DNA of 64,000 bases from Alloascoidea hylecoeti. Taxonomy: Eukaryota. The notes beneath the pieces were generated by a model, which saw nothing but the letters and a program-made list of their open reading frames with translations, did no database searches and was not told the origin of the DNA. The position numbers and the translations under genes are program-made. This document shows, in pieces, positions 23,401-33,496 of the stretch; position 1 is the first letter of the stretch; each line of letters starts with the position of its first letter. Location: NCBI GenBank assembly GCA_001600815.1, contig BCKZ01000015.1:248001-312000 (forward strand), written 5' to 3'.

Positions 23401-24546
23401 TAAATCACCACGAATTAAAGTTCCTAATAACGATTTTGAAGAAGACCATAGATTATCAGAAGAATCATCATTAATATCAGATAAAATTGATTTTCTTTGA
23501 GAAGTGATATCATATAAACTATTAGTTGCTGTATCGGATAAATTTAAAATATTATTTTCTTGTCTACCTATAGTCATTCTTGTTGTATCAATTGGTTTAT
23601 TTAAGTAATTTTTATAGGTTGAAAAAGAATTTGGAAAACATTGAAGCATTGTTTTCATTACTCTTGAATCATCTTCTAATTGACGATTTTCATTTTCATT
23701 ATCCATTGGATTTGAAGATGAAAGATGAGTGTCTTGTTGTTGGTGATGTATTGTATCACCATAAATGGACAAAAGTTGAGACCGTCTAGTACTAGGATTA
23801 TTAATTGCATTTTCAGCGGATTTAGAAGTTGGATTACCGACTTTACCACCGGGAGTTATTGGTAAGGATAAGTATAATTTAGTATTAAGATTTTCTTCAG
23901 TATTTTCATCCAATACCCAGTAATTTGAACAAGCGTTAATCCAACATTTTTTCAAATCACTGATAATCCTCGAATTTAAGGTACATTCTTTCACTTCAGA
24001 CATTTCAGACATTAAATTTATAAGATGAGTAAACTCCTTGCGTAGTTTTAAAGAAGGAACCCAATCATCAGCAAAGTAGTTAAGTATCCAATGTCGTAAA
24101 GCAACAAAAATGCGAACACATATCATTCTGCCGAAATCTCTTGGGGTTGTAGGATTATTTATATCAGTTGGAGTCATCTGCTGCATTAAGTGGATTCCGT
24201 ATAAGTAACGAGTTATCAGTTCTATTAACAGTTCGTGAGCTTTGAAGAACATTCTGTAAGTCAAAAAGAAATCCGATAAGAACTTATAGTCGATAACGGT
24301 CGGGGAGGTTAGGTGAGCCACGATGCCCTTGGCGGAGGAGGCGGACAGGACAGGGGGGTCATGATGACTCAACCGTAGCAGGTTGGGGGACGAGTCCCTG
24401 AACAGCACCGATAGGTTGATTTGCGAGCATTCGGCTATGGACTGCCGGGGCTGCCGGATCTGCGGTGGGTGCGAATCCTCATTCGCTTGGGGGGACATTT
24501 GCTGTGTAAAAGGAAAGAGGGTAGTCGCGCTGCTCGGGCAAAACAT
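20404..24546 (-). CDS. LTE1: Lte1-like RasGEF (N-terminal REM domain, C-terminal CDC25 domain); alternative ATG at 24498
   Basis: Motifs IDYKFLSDFFLTYRMF, RIFVALRHWILNYFADDW, HVPFILSY..LAKQFTLIEKDAL.EIDWKE, GCIPFVGLYLSDL and SKCLYI. Syntenic with MAK16/DRS2. Confidence 0.9.
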   Translation of the reverse strand: MFCPSSATTLFPFTQQMSPQANEDSHPPQIRQPRQSIAECSQINLSVLFRDSSPNLLRLSHHDPPVLSASSAKGIVAHLTSPTVIDYKFLSDFFLTYRMFFKAHELLIELITRYLYGIHLMQQMTPTDINNPTTPRDFGRMICVRIFVALRHWILNYFADDWVPSLKLRKEFTHLINLMSEMSEVKECTLNSRIISDLKKCWINACSNYWVLDENTEENLNTKLYLSLPITPGGKVGNPTSKSAENAINNPSTRRSQLLSIYGDTIHHQQQDTHLSSSNPMDNENENRQLEDDSRVMKTMLQCFPNSFSTYKNYLNKPIDTTRMTIGRQENNILNLSDTATNSLYDITSQRKSILSDINDDSSDNLWSSSKSLLGTLIRGDLPLPSNSSIDTIIPPTPIDTPDETEDETETETETETEDNEQRINTIATTNNNINNDYEILQPIEEESKLHHHHQRTGWKATISRKNKKLSTFIAKVASIEPQKKQKNLLKKNSSLNAEKHKHKRKESALNDSVSPRLSNDENFELQLPEPELPEAENDEENELQVDGNQIENGLQVDEDEDENDNDNSINNLTNTEIEKPRLDVLGAMVIQELQLLIAKQEEEYQLESNKSILTRDNNITNHNPHISGEVLPSEDYHISNVATPKQLNQDTINHNYVNNNLSPHSNSSLSLITPSNNILNDVKLNDSNLRNSFIDSLNVSEMTDFSINSQKPKLLSSIYQHNQQQLHGATSSFSTNNRQSIMSSRTIYSHLSYDSVFSRQTSSPVDEQISSKYKSRDDSSIFDDTPVNSVNIGGGGGLRKRTGITNLRQNADFSDISSEYIGSVHSVPSSLFEAASSFMVPIDVENSNNIIHNNNIISTIPIDLSSSASLMLTPPGDNQNRKSLSNISVCSDTVSDSSPLTYPPGVDANAVAKLAAIPDESLDEDALKVTLMKLEGTYKQQQQKQNDELKKNKSLNETASEEEEIRDSSISEPDGEIENEEEEEEDDDDDDTRKKLLSPPLMSPPVFNYNNNKSELSFGIGSNMSILSVTQIMNENRHVPFILSYSSEDLAKQFTLIEKDALAEIDWKEIIEMKWNQKIEPIQSWLELLIERKSQGVELVISRFNLMVNWVISEVLLTKTLRERIHTLSRFIHIAQRAKEYQNFSTLMQIVLGLSSERLLKLKNTWKLINNEDMKILMELEKIVWPFKNFNNLRQELKDIKPEKGCIPFVGLYLSDLTFNAERPTYITNLNSSESLITTKVANNVSDPTLPLSPVNSITETKLDQKQSETTEPEFELEHERETELETEHNIQNNIEIENVSKDLKKIDYASYPKDNDDNLINFSKFQKSASIVKTLIQYIEWSNFYTFEKNEDILSKCLYIKSLTQEEMDLCYGYMIDP

Positions 24547-24722
24547 CACTCAAAAACACGCCTGGACGCACCCGATCGCGAAGAATGCCCGGCCAGGGAG
24601 CACCCGACAGGCCATCGGTCTTACGTAATGCATATTATCTGGATTATGTAAGTGTTTACAACCCTATTTATCCAGTTAAACCACCTACTGTTTTTGGGTT
24701 TTGGTTCTGATTTTCCTCCAAA

Positions 24723-25867
24723 ATGTCCAACCAGTCCGGTATTAAAGGTATGCTTTTCTCCAGATACGGCCACTGTGTCCCATTAACACCTTCTTCTCAG
24801 CTTCACGAGATCTCAAGACGGCCTACGCTGACTTCCTCTCCTCACAAAAGAGAGCCCTATTGATTGAAATCAAAAATGGTAATTATAGACACGTTTGTAT
24901 ACTTAACTATCACTCTTTCTAACATTGTCATTAACCTAGAATCCCTTGAACCATTCTCATTAATCGAAGGGACCTCCGATTTCCTTGCCGATTTTTCTTT
25001 AGTCAATTCTATCCTTAAAGATGATCAACCCCTTTACATCGTTTATAGAGATGAAAACGTGTCTTCAATTCTTTTCTCCTATGTCCCTGATACTGCAAAA
25101 GTTAGAAGTAAAATGATTTACGCTTCAACAACTAATTCTTTAATCAATGAATTAGGCGGTTCCGAACAATTCTCTTCAAATATCTTTATAACTAATAAAA
25201 ATGAATTTTCAATTCAGGGTTGGAAAAATCATTTAAAACATGTTAATGCAAAACCACCATTAACAAAAGAAGAAGAATCTTTACAGGAAGTTTTAGAAAA
25301 AGAACAAGATTATATTTTAGGTACAAATTCAAGAAAAAATCATTTACCAATTTCTAATTCCGTTGGATTTAAAGTTGATCCATCTTTACAATCTAATTTA
25401 CAAAATTTTAAAGATGAAGACTCAATTTCTGCTTTATCTGCTAAAATTGATACTTCAAAAGAAGTAATCATATTAGATGATACCTATTCTAATATCTCAA
25501 CGAATGAAATCCCTTCAATCATATCATCTTCATCTCCACAATTTACTTTTTATAAACTTAATGGTAAATTCATATTCATTTACACTTGTCCTTCATCTTC
25601 AAAAATCAAAGAAAGAATGATCTATGCTTCAAATAGACAACCAATTATTAAAATCGCTGAATCTTATGGTATTAAATTTGAAAAAATTGTAAGTACCTTC
25701 ATTTCTAACAAATTATATAAAGATGTTATTTCACTAACGCTCTCTATTTATAGCTTGAAAGAAGTGAACCTTCTGAGATTGAAAGTTCAGATTTTGAGAT
25801 TGAAGGCGGTGGCCGACTACCTTCTCAAACTAGATTTGCTAGACCACGTGGCCCTGGCCGTCGTTAA
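24723..25867 (+). CDS. TWF1: Twinfilin (two ADF-H domains); 4 exons (24723-24747, 24801-24878, 24940-25688, 25754-25867)
   Basis: MSNQSGIK|A.., SYVPDTAKVRSKMIYAS, FIYTCPSSSKIKERMIYAS, and a tail RFARPRGPGRR*. All three GT-AG introns keep the frame. Confidence 0.93.
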
Positions 25868-26459
25868 TTAGTTAATGCTATAGTAATAAATTAATTAAAG
25901 ATACACCTCAAATGTGTTTGTGTTTCCTCAGAAAAGTCATTTTAATGGTTTTAAATTAATTGACATATGCATCTGTGCTAGTTAAGCACAATGGCTATTG
26001 TTCTCCGAACAATATATTTTTCAATTTTAAATGCAATTTGCCAATTCACAGAATGTAATAAGTAATCAATTAATTAGCTTCTGTGCCGTGTATATTTCAA
26101 ACTCAGCCAAACGATGGGGCAGTGATCAATTCACCCGTGTGGTTTTAGGTGGCCGAGTTTATTGTTCGGTACGGGTACCCTTATTAATAAAATGGTACCG
26201 GTCCAAAACAATGAATTCGATCACTCCAAAAGTACATACGGGTACTGGTTGTTTGGCCGAGATTGGCTTATACTACAGCTGTGTTAATATACGTTTGTAC
26301 TATTAAACAATTAGGAGCCGATTCACGATCTTAAAGCGATATCAAGAATAACAACTATTATAAAACTAAAAACTAAAGAATTCAATTATAAGAAAGAAAG
26401 GAAAAAACTTATTTACTGCACTCACTCAGTAAAGTTTTTATAAGGCCTATGCCAAACAT

Positions 26460-27020
26460 AGAGCAATTTCGGTGCGAAACTCGTCCGAAAAATAGTTGTG
26501 AGAGTGTCCGATAATTCGTGATAAGAATGTCCGATATTAAGTATATTGCACCAAATAGAGTTTGGGCATTTGGCAAATGTCCACTTTTCTCAATTAGGAC
26601 ATAATAAAATGTTCACAATAGAGTGGGAATTTGAACAAAATGTTTATTTTTCTTATATGATTAAGACATGCACTGTACAGATAAAGATGGAAAATGAACA
26701 AAATGTTCACTCTTCTCAATTAGGAAAATAAACAAAGTTCGATCGAATTCAATATTGTCATTATGTAAGATTTTGTTCCACCTATCAATAGTACTATTTC
26801 CGAAATTAATTAGCGATATACCTGGGAATTAATTAACGTTATTTCCGCAAATTAATTTGCCTTATCTTTAATAGGTGGAAACAGAAAGACTGTAATTATA
26901 ATATGTTATAATTAGGGCTGCGACCTATAGTGATTTGACTTAATTTCGGACATTCTGAATACTAATTAATTCCCACACCTTTCGCTAACAGTTTTTGAAA
27001 ACATCGTTAACAATTGCAAT
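26460..27020. mobile_element. MITE-like non-coding element with inverted repeats and an internal 63-bp tandem triplet
   Basis: 26524-26542 matches the reverse complement of 26938-26956 at 18/19 positions, with weaker homology extending about 60 bp outward. The outer boundaries are approximate. Confidence 0.5.
26552..26740 (+). repeat. Three degenerate copies of a 63-bp unit
   Basis: The core AAATGT.CACT.TTCTCAATTAGGA occurs at 26575 and 26701, with a diverged copy at 26638; the period is exactly 63. Confidence 0.8.
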
Positions 27021-27460
27021 ATCAATAAGTATATAGTACCTAATACTTAGTATAAGTACTAGTGGAAGAACTTTATTATAGTAAGGCTAATGACCAGTTT
27101 CAAGTTTTAGAAAACCATATAATATATAAGGTGTATATATAAGCCCCTTATAGCCAGCAATTGCAAACAAAAAATAACCAGCAATAAAACAAATCATATG
27201 CAAATTTAAAGTATAGTAAATTGCGAGTAGAAAAAATGATATGTAGCATGAACAAATGAGAGAAGTCCATATATATGTATAATTATATACATACTCCGGT
27301 GAAGTCGTATATAATAATCTATAGCTAAAAAAAAATGAATCCCAAAAATAATTTAAATATATGAAAAGCAACATGAATCATCATCAAAATTTTAGAAAAA
27401 AAATATATATATCAAAAAATGGAAATAAAGAAAAAAGCTACACAGTCATCATCATTAAAA

Positions 27461-30097
27461 TTATTCATTTTCATCAACATTAAAATTATAATTTTTATCA
27501 TCTTTATGTTTAAGATGATTATCATCTGGATTAGATAAGAATGGTTCCAACTTTAAGCGAGGTGGTGTTTTGATCATTCCAATACCAATTCTACTACCAA
27601 CGCCAACACCATTTCCAAGGCTAATATTTGAGTTTGAAGTATTTTCACCAGAATCAGATGTTAAATCTGCAACAAGATTAGTTAATTCATCATTAGCATC
27701 TAAACTAATTAAAGATGAATTTCTACCAAAACCTGGAAATCTTTTTTTAATAATTTTAGAATCATTACCATCATGCCTAGTACCAGAACGTTTGAGGGTA
27801 TTTGCATTTGCAGTAACAGCCGCCGTCGTATCATCGATACTACAATCAGGAGGAGGGGATGATGTCATTGTGTTTAAGGAAGGCGGTTTTGAGTCCTTTA
27901 AAGCAGGAGTGGAGGCATGCTTATTATCCGCATCGGAAACATGATCAATAATATTGTAATTTTCGTGAGCTATGACCAATGATAAGGCATCATCTTTTAG
28001 AACCTCTTTAGATTTAAAATCAGTTTTTGATAAATCAGCAGGTTTCTTCGCTTGTTCCGTGACTTTCACAACATTAGAATTGTTGGTAGCTTCATGTGAA
28101 GTGGCATCATTTTTTTTTTCTTTACCCGATTCTAAGATATTGGAGTTATAATTATCGGTGTCAACTTTATTCAAAGCTTCTTTATCAACAATATTAGTAA
28201 TGGAAGTATCTTTATTATCAATTGAATCTTGAAAAAGATTTTCAGTGGATGAATTTATTTTAAATAGATTGTTCAATGGTGAAGCATTACCATTCTTTTT
28301 ATTTTGTGTGATATGTAATTCATCTTCATCATCTTCATCATCTTCATCATTAATAGTAAACATATGACTTTGTGGCATGTCTTCATCTGAATCACTAATA
28401 ATAGGTAAAACTTCTTCTTCTTGATCATTTTCATTTAAGTTAAATTCAACTTTTTCATTATCACCATTATTATGATGAATCCTTTTTATTTTATTTGTAA
28501 TTTTTGTATGCTTTTCTTTTTCTTTTTCGTTTTCTTTTTCGTTTTCTTTTTCTTTCACCTTGTCTTTAAACTCCCATTGTTCATTATCATCACCATCTGA
28601 TAAATATGTTTCAACTTTAGTTAATTCCGAATCAGCAACACTTTGATTTGAACTGAATATGGATCCTAAACTATATTTGTCTACAGGAGGATTTAGAATA
28701 ATATCACCCCAGTCACCAAGTAATTCTTTAACCAAAAATGGATGTCTTAAAGCATCTTGTGAAGAAGCACGCAATGAATGATCTGGTTCCAAAATATACA
28801 TGAAAAAATCTTTTGCAAGTAAATATTCACCTTCATCTTCAATATCAAAATTTTCAGGAACAAAAACTTGATTTAATAAAGTAAATTTTGGAGTTTTATC
28901 TTCTTCATCAACAGCAAATCTTTCGACATCTGAATCATAAATTGAACCTCTTCCAGCATAACAATCAAATCCACCAAAAAATTTAATAATTTTAAAAATT
29001 GTTTCTTCCTCATTCTCAGAGGCTAATAATTTCCAATTTTGAGGTAACTCAGATAATCCCAAAGAATAAATAAAAGCTTCCAATAAAACAATACCTGCAC
29101 TCCAAACATCAATTTTAGGGGTAAATGAAGAATCACCAGCAAAAATTTCGGGTGCGCGATAAGCAATAGTTTGTAAGTTAAAATCATCATAATAAATGGG
29201 GAAATTATCAACTCTAACGGTATTGCTGAAATCAATTAATTTTATACCTGCGCCATCACTAATAACGGGCTGATTTAAGGTAATTGAAGGTGAGTGGGAC
29301 TTTGATATGAAAGAATTAGGTAATTTATACATTACATTTTCAGGTTTTACATCGCAATGCGCCCATCCAATTGAATGTAATTGATGTAGAGCCATGAATA
29401 GTTGAACAGCGAGTTTAGCTAATTCTTTTAATTTACCTTTTGCTGTAGTTGAAGTAATTTGTAAATGACGCGAGGAATCCAATAATTCATAAACAACATT
29501 GACACTTAAATTATCAGTGAAAAAATCAATTGGATGAACAATATATTGAGAATTTGATAAAGTCGAAAAAGTTTGTTTTAAAAATTCATTTTCTTGCATA
29601 CCGATCTCTGCATAAGTTTTTTTCAACTTCTTGACAGCTACAAGGGTTTTTTGTGGTGATGGAGCATGAGAACCCATTGGAACCTGCTCGGCCATATAAG
29701 TGACTGCAAATGCTCCTTTACCCAAGGGTTTTTTCAGAATATAACGAAAACCATGGGGTTCGACGGGAAGATCTTCAGAGTGTTCAATGTATGGTTGTTT
29801 GAGGTGATTGCTTTTGGTAGGTTTATCATGATAGGAATGTGGAGGGGAGGGAGGGACAGCATATTCACCATCAAAATCCTCATGGCCACCTTCCATTTGG
29901 TCATCATATTCGTAATCGTAGGATTGATTATCAGCTGTATTTTTATGATAGGTTAACTTATATTCGGAAGTGGTACGGGTTTGATAAGAGTAGGGGCTAG
30001 GGGTGGATGTTGAAACAGGAAGAGAAGATGCCGATTTTGATTTTGAAAAGACACGATCGGACATGGATCTTTTCATATAAGGAGCAACATTAGTCAT
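27461..30097 (-). CDS. Divergent CMGC (DYRK/HIPK-like) Ser/Thr protein kinase with a long low-complexity C-terminal tail
   Basis: Motifs LGKGAFA, VAVKK, HCDVKPENV, IKLIDFS, QTIAYRAPE, IDVWSAG and R.S..DALRHPF. Confidence 0.85.
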   Translation of the reverse strand: MTNVAPYMKRSMSDRVFSKSKSASSLPVSTSTPSPYSYQTRTTSEYKLTYHKNTADNQSYDYEYDDQMEGGHEDFDGEYAVPPSPPHSYHDKPTKSNHLKQPYIEHSEDLPVEPHGFRYILKKPLGKGAFAVTYMAEQVPMGSHAPSPQKTLVAVKKLKKTYAEIGMQENEFLKQTFSTLSNSQYIVHPIDFFTDNLSVNVVYELLDSSRHLQITSTTAKGKLKELAKLAVQLFMALHQLHSIGWAHCDVKPENVMYKLPNSFISKSHSPSITLNQPVISDGAGIKLIDFSNTVRVDNFPIYYDDFNLQTIAYRAPEIFAGDSSFTPKIDVWSAGIVLLEAFIYSLGLSELPQNWKLLASENEEETIFKIIKFFGGFDCYAGRGSIYDSDVERFAVDEEDKTPKFTLLNQVFVPENFDIEDEGEYLLAKDFFMYILEPDHSLRASSQDALRHPFLVKELLGDWGDIILNPPVDKYSLGSIFSSNQSVADSELTKVETYLSDGDDNEQWEFKDKVKEKENEKENEKEKEKHTKITNKIKRIHHNNGDNEKVEFNLNENDQEEEVLPIISDSDEDMPQSHMFTINDEDDEDDEDELHITQNKKNGNASPLNNLFKINSSTENLFQDSIDNKDTSITNIVDKEALNKVDTDNYNSNILESGKEKKNDATSHEATNNSNVVKVTEQAKKPADLSKTDFKSKEVLKDDALSLVIAHENYNIIDHVSDADNKHASTPALKDSKPPSLNTMTSSPPPDCSIDDTTAAVTANANTLKRSGTRHDGNDSKIIKKRFPGFGRNSSLISLDANDELTNLVADLTSDSGENTSNSNISLGNGVGVGSRIGIGMIKTPPRLKLEPFLSNPDDNHLKHKDDKNYNFNVDENE

Positions 30098-30367
30098 GTC
30101 CGGAGGGAGGGAAGTTTATAAGGGATTGGCGAGTGGTGAAGAAGAAGAAAAGGAGATTTTAAATGTTGGAAAGGTAGTCGTAACAACCGTGCATCTGGAT
30201 CACTTTAACTACGTAATCGATAAGCTGCAGCATTTGAATATTTATTCTTGTTTATTTTTTATTTTATTTTATTTTATTTTATGTATCTATTTACTTATTT
30301 GTTTATTTGTTACTTCTTCTTTGTGGCCTGACTGCCTTCTTCAGCAGCAACATCACCATATCTCTAC

Positions 30368-31495
30368 TTAAATGTGCGTCTCGTCGACCTTCTCTGCTAA
30401 TACTGTAACCTCCTCGTCCTCTTCATCCTCTTCATCTGAGGGCTCTTCCATATCTTCTAATTCATCCAATTCCCCAAACCCTCTTTCTTCAAATAGATTG
30501 GTTATCTCCTCAACTGTAGAATCATCTTCTGAGAAGTAATTACCATTTAACTCTAAGGTTTGTAGTTTGCTTAGGTTCTCTTTGATTGCATTAAAGATTA
30601 GCTTTACACCCTTGGAATCAATCTCATTGAATTGTAAACGCAAAATTTCCAATGTAGGAACAGGAACATCGATCAATGCTTGGCCCAATAATCTACCACC
30701 CTTGGACGATAGCAGACAATCACTTATAGCTAATTCGACTAATTTAGTCCATTTTGGTAATTCTTTAACCAAAGCACGAGACCCTTTCACCGTAAATGTA
30801 TTGTCTTGTAGATCTAATCTTTCAATATCAGGACAATAAGAAAGCCCCTTTTCCATTAATAACTCAATTCCTTCTTGTCTAATGCCATTTTGTTTTAATC
30901 TTAATTCTTTAATATATTTGTGTGTGGATAGTGCTTCTGACCATGCTTCCATTGATCCATTTTCCAATCGATTCCGACCACAAACAATCTTCTCTAATTT
31001 AATATCACTTTTTGATTCTTTTTTAGCATTAGCCAACTTTGTTAACGCTTTACCAATTCTTGATCCTGCATTTGGTCCTAATCCATTATTTTCTAAAATT
31101 AAATTCTTAAGAGGAACATGTTTTGATAAAAAATCTTCTAAAGGTCCAACTGTTACTAAACCGAAGGCATTATCAGATAAATCAATTGTGTTCAACTTTG
31201 GACATTTCAACAATGCTGGTAAAAGATAAGTTAAAGATTCTGGAATTTCTTCTTTTAATCTACCAGTAAAAATATCAGCAAAATTAATTGAATTTAAGGA
31301 ATCTTTAACATTATCGAGTACTAAAATTTCAGAAATAGCTTTAGATGCTTCAATACCATAAGTATTACCACTTAAATCAATACTTGTAACTTTTGATAGT
31401 TTTTTGATTTCATCTGAGATTGATTTAACACTTTCATATGTATCAAAATGAATATTTATACTTCCTACTGAAAATGAAGTTGATTCTGTAGACAT
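30368..31495 (-). CDS. RNA1: Ran GTPase-activating protein (LRR)
   Basis: LRR repeats with DLSGNTYG, ADIFTGRL, DLSDNAFG, CGRNRLENG, QNGIR and DLQDNTFT, plus an acidic tail. Confidence 0.96.
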   Translation of the reverse strand: MSTESTSFSVGSINIHFDTYESVKSISDEIKKLSKVTSIDLSGNTYGIEASKAISEILVLDNVKDSLNSINFADIFTGRLKEEIPESLTYLLPALLKCPKLNTIDLSDNAFGLVTVGPLEDFLSKHVPLKNLILENNGLGPNAGSRIGKALTKLANAKKESKSDIKLEKIVCGRNRLENGSMEAWSEALSTHKYIKELRLKQNGIRQEGIELLMEKGLSYCPDIERLDLQDNTFTVKGSRALVKELPKWTKLVELAISDCLLSSKGGRLLGQALIDVPVPTLEILRLQFNEIDSKGVKLIFNAIKENLSKLQTLELNGNYFSEDDSTVEEITNLFEERGFGELDELEDMEEPSDEEDEEDEEVTVLAEKVDETHI

Positions 31496-31918
31496 TTATA
31501 TTTTAATTTTATAGTTGTAATCGATTTAAAATATGTTTACCTTTGGGGAAAAAAATTATGCAAAAAAAAAAACAGACAGAAGAATGCCAACAATCCAAAA
31601 ATGATCCATCAAACATCCAAACATCAAAATTGTTCATTATTTACACAAAAATGGGGTTTGAGATAATTATAAGAATGAATTGCAAAGAATGACATTCAGA
31701 TGATTTTATTACCTATTTATATATTAATCTACTTAATGCCTGATATGAGACCGGAAGGATGAGGTAGAAGTATAGTGGTACCCGGAAGTGAGAGTGGAAT
31801 GTTAATGAGTTCGTAGTTGAAGGTTAACTCATGGTTCTATCTTATTATGTCAGTTTTTAATATTTTTGCAGGTTTAAATTAATCAAATAAATAAATATAG
31901 TTTATAAATAACGAACTA

Positions 31919-32293
31919 TTAATTCTGTGTTTGTAAATATGAATCTTGTTCCCATATTGGCAATTTTGAAATTAAACCTGGACCTCTTGATTTTTTCGTA
32001 GCAGTAACACTGAGTGTTTTTCCTAAAAATTCGCTTTGATCATAATTTTCAATAGCTGCCTGGGCGTCATCTTCATCTTCATAATCTATATCGGCATAAC
32101 CTCTGATTACACCATCTGGTGTTAAAGGAATACGAATATCAAGAATATTTCCAAACGTTAAAAAGTGGTTATAAATGTGTTCTTTTGTTGTTTCGGCGAT
32201 ATTTGCTTTTGTGAGATAGTGTTAGAATATATGATGAACAGGCTATGAGTAGATTGGGTTGTACTTACCTACATGAACCGTATAGGCATCCAT
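31919..32293 (-). CDS. 103-aa single-RRM protein resembling the RRM of cyclophilin E (Cyp33/PPIE); 2 exons (32293-32269, 32205-31919)
   Basis: MDAYTVHV|ANIAETTKEHIYNHFLTFGNILDIRIP..RGYADIDYEDEDDAQAAIENYDQSEFLGKTLSV..GLISKLPIWEQDSYL..*. The intron is GTAAGT..CTAAC..AAG. Confidence 0.8.
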
Positions 32294-32452
32294 TATATTA
32301 TATTATATGTTATAATTATACAAGTTGTTACAAGATGTAGCCTACCCATCTCAAAGATTATCAACCAGCTGCGTAATCATCATACCGGGTATATGGGTTT
32401 TGAACCTTATGCGATTGTTTCGGTTTTCACCAGACAAAAGATTACTCTACAA

Positions 32453-32902
32453 ATGAATTTATTCAGGCCTTCGGGCAGAATGTTCCAAATGGCTCCAAGA
32501 ATGACTGTTTCTTCCTTAAATTTACTCGGTGCAGGTTTTAAATCTAAACGTTTCTACTCCACTGGTACAACTCCTTACAGATATCTTACAACTGTTGATG
32601 AAGCCGAAACAGCCCTCAAAGCTGATAAATTTGTAATTATTGATTTTTATGCAGATTGGTGTGCCCCATGTAAAATGATAGCACCAACTTTTGAAAAATT
32701 AGCAATTGAGAATCCAGGTGCAAAATATTATAAAATTGATGGTGATAAGAGTCCAGAACTATTTGAAAAATTTGAGGTTTATAAAATACCAACAATTCAA
32801 TTTTTTAAAAATTCAGAGAAAACATATTTAATTGAAGGCGCTAATCCAAAATTATTAATGGATAAAGTACCACTGTTTGTTGAAGATAAAGATCTTGTTT
32901 AA
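32453..32902 (+). CDS. TRX3: Mitochondrial thioredoxin (Trx3-like)
   Basis: An Arg/Ser-rich presequence from ATG 32453, then IIDFYADWCAPCKMIAP, IPT.QFFK and GANP. Confidence 0.75.
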   Translation: MNLFRPSGRMFQMAPRMTVSSLNLLGAGFKSKRFYSTGTTPYRYLTTVDEAETALKADKFVIIDFYADWCAPCKMIAPTFEKLAIENPGAKYYKIDGDKSPELFEKFEVYKIPTIQFFKNSEKTYLIEGANPKLLMDKVPLFVEDKDLV

Positions 32903-33496
32903 AGGAATTATATTATTTTTTGTGACAATTACCATTTAAAGTTTCTATTGTAGAACAAGAGATTTGTATTTTAATTTCGTTAAATTATACGAACCAAGGC
33001 CAACAATGTTTTGGCCATTTTATGCATGTATTGAAAGAATTCCTCTTTTCATTTTTTAACATCTTCATCATGTTTGTAAAGAAAACTCACATTGTCCAGA
33101 TAAATATCAAGTTTTATTTTTAAATCATTATTAATATAAACATTGAGTTCCTTCTAAAATTTAGGATTACTTGACCAGTTTCAATATTTCAGGATCTATA
33201 ATATTGTAGAGTGAAGTTCTATACCATATAAAATGCCATGATGAATGCAAACACTGATAATGGGAAAGACGAGAACGTAGTCACCCGGGTTACGAATTAT
33301 TCAGTGCCAATATTTTGAAAATATACATATTAGATTGACGAAATTGTTTCTCCAATGTGACGAATTAAGAGAGGAAAAACGGTGAAGACTAAAAGAAATT
33401 TCCACCCACGTGATCAAAATAAATATTTTTTTTGCTGCGACTTTAAGCTTAAATTTAAAAAAACTTTTATTTTTACAAAAGCGTGGGAATTCAAAA

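Noticed and set aside
26552..26740. Regularly spaced repeats as a CRISPR array
   Set aside because: The context is eukaryotic, whole 63-bp units are similar (no unique spacers), and there are no cas genes.
31641..31657. 17-mer TTACACAAAAATGGGGT also present at ~36898
   Set aside because: The match does not extend on either side and is plausibly chance in AT-rich DNA.
32261..32270. TACTTACCT resembling the U1 snRNA 5' end
   Set aside because: It is simply the reverse complement of the GTAAGT intron donor of the RRM gene.
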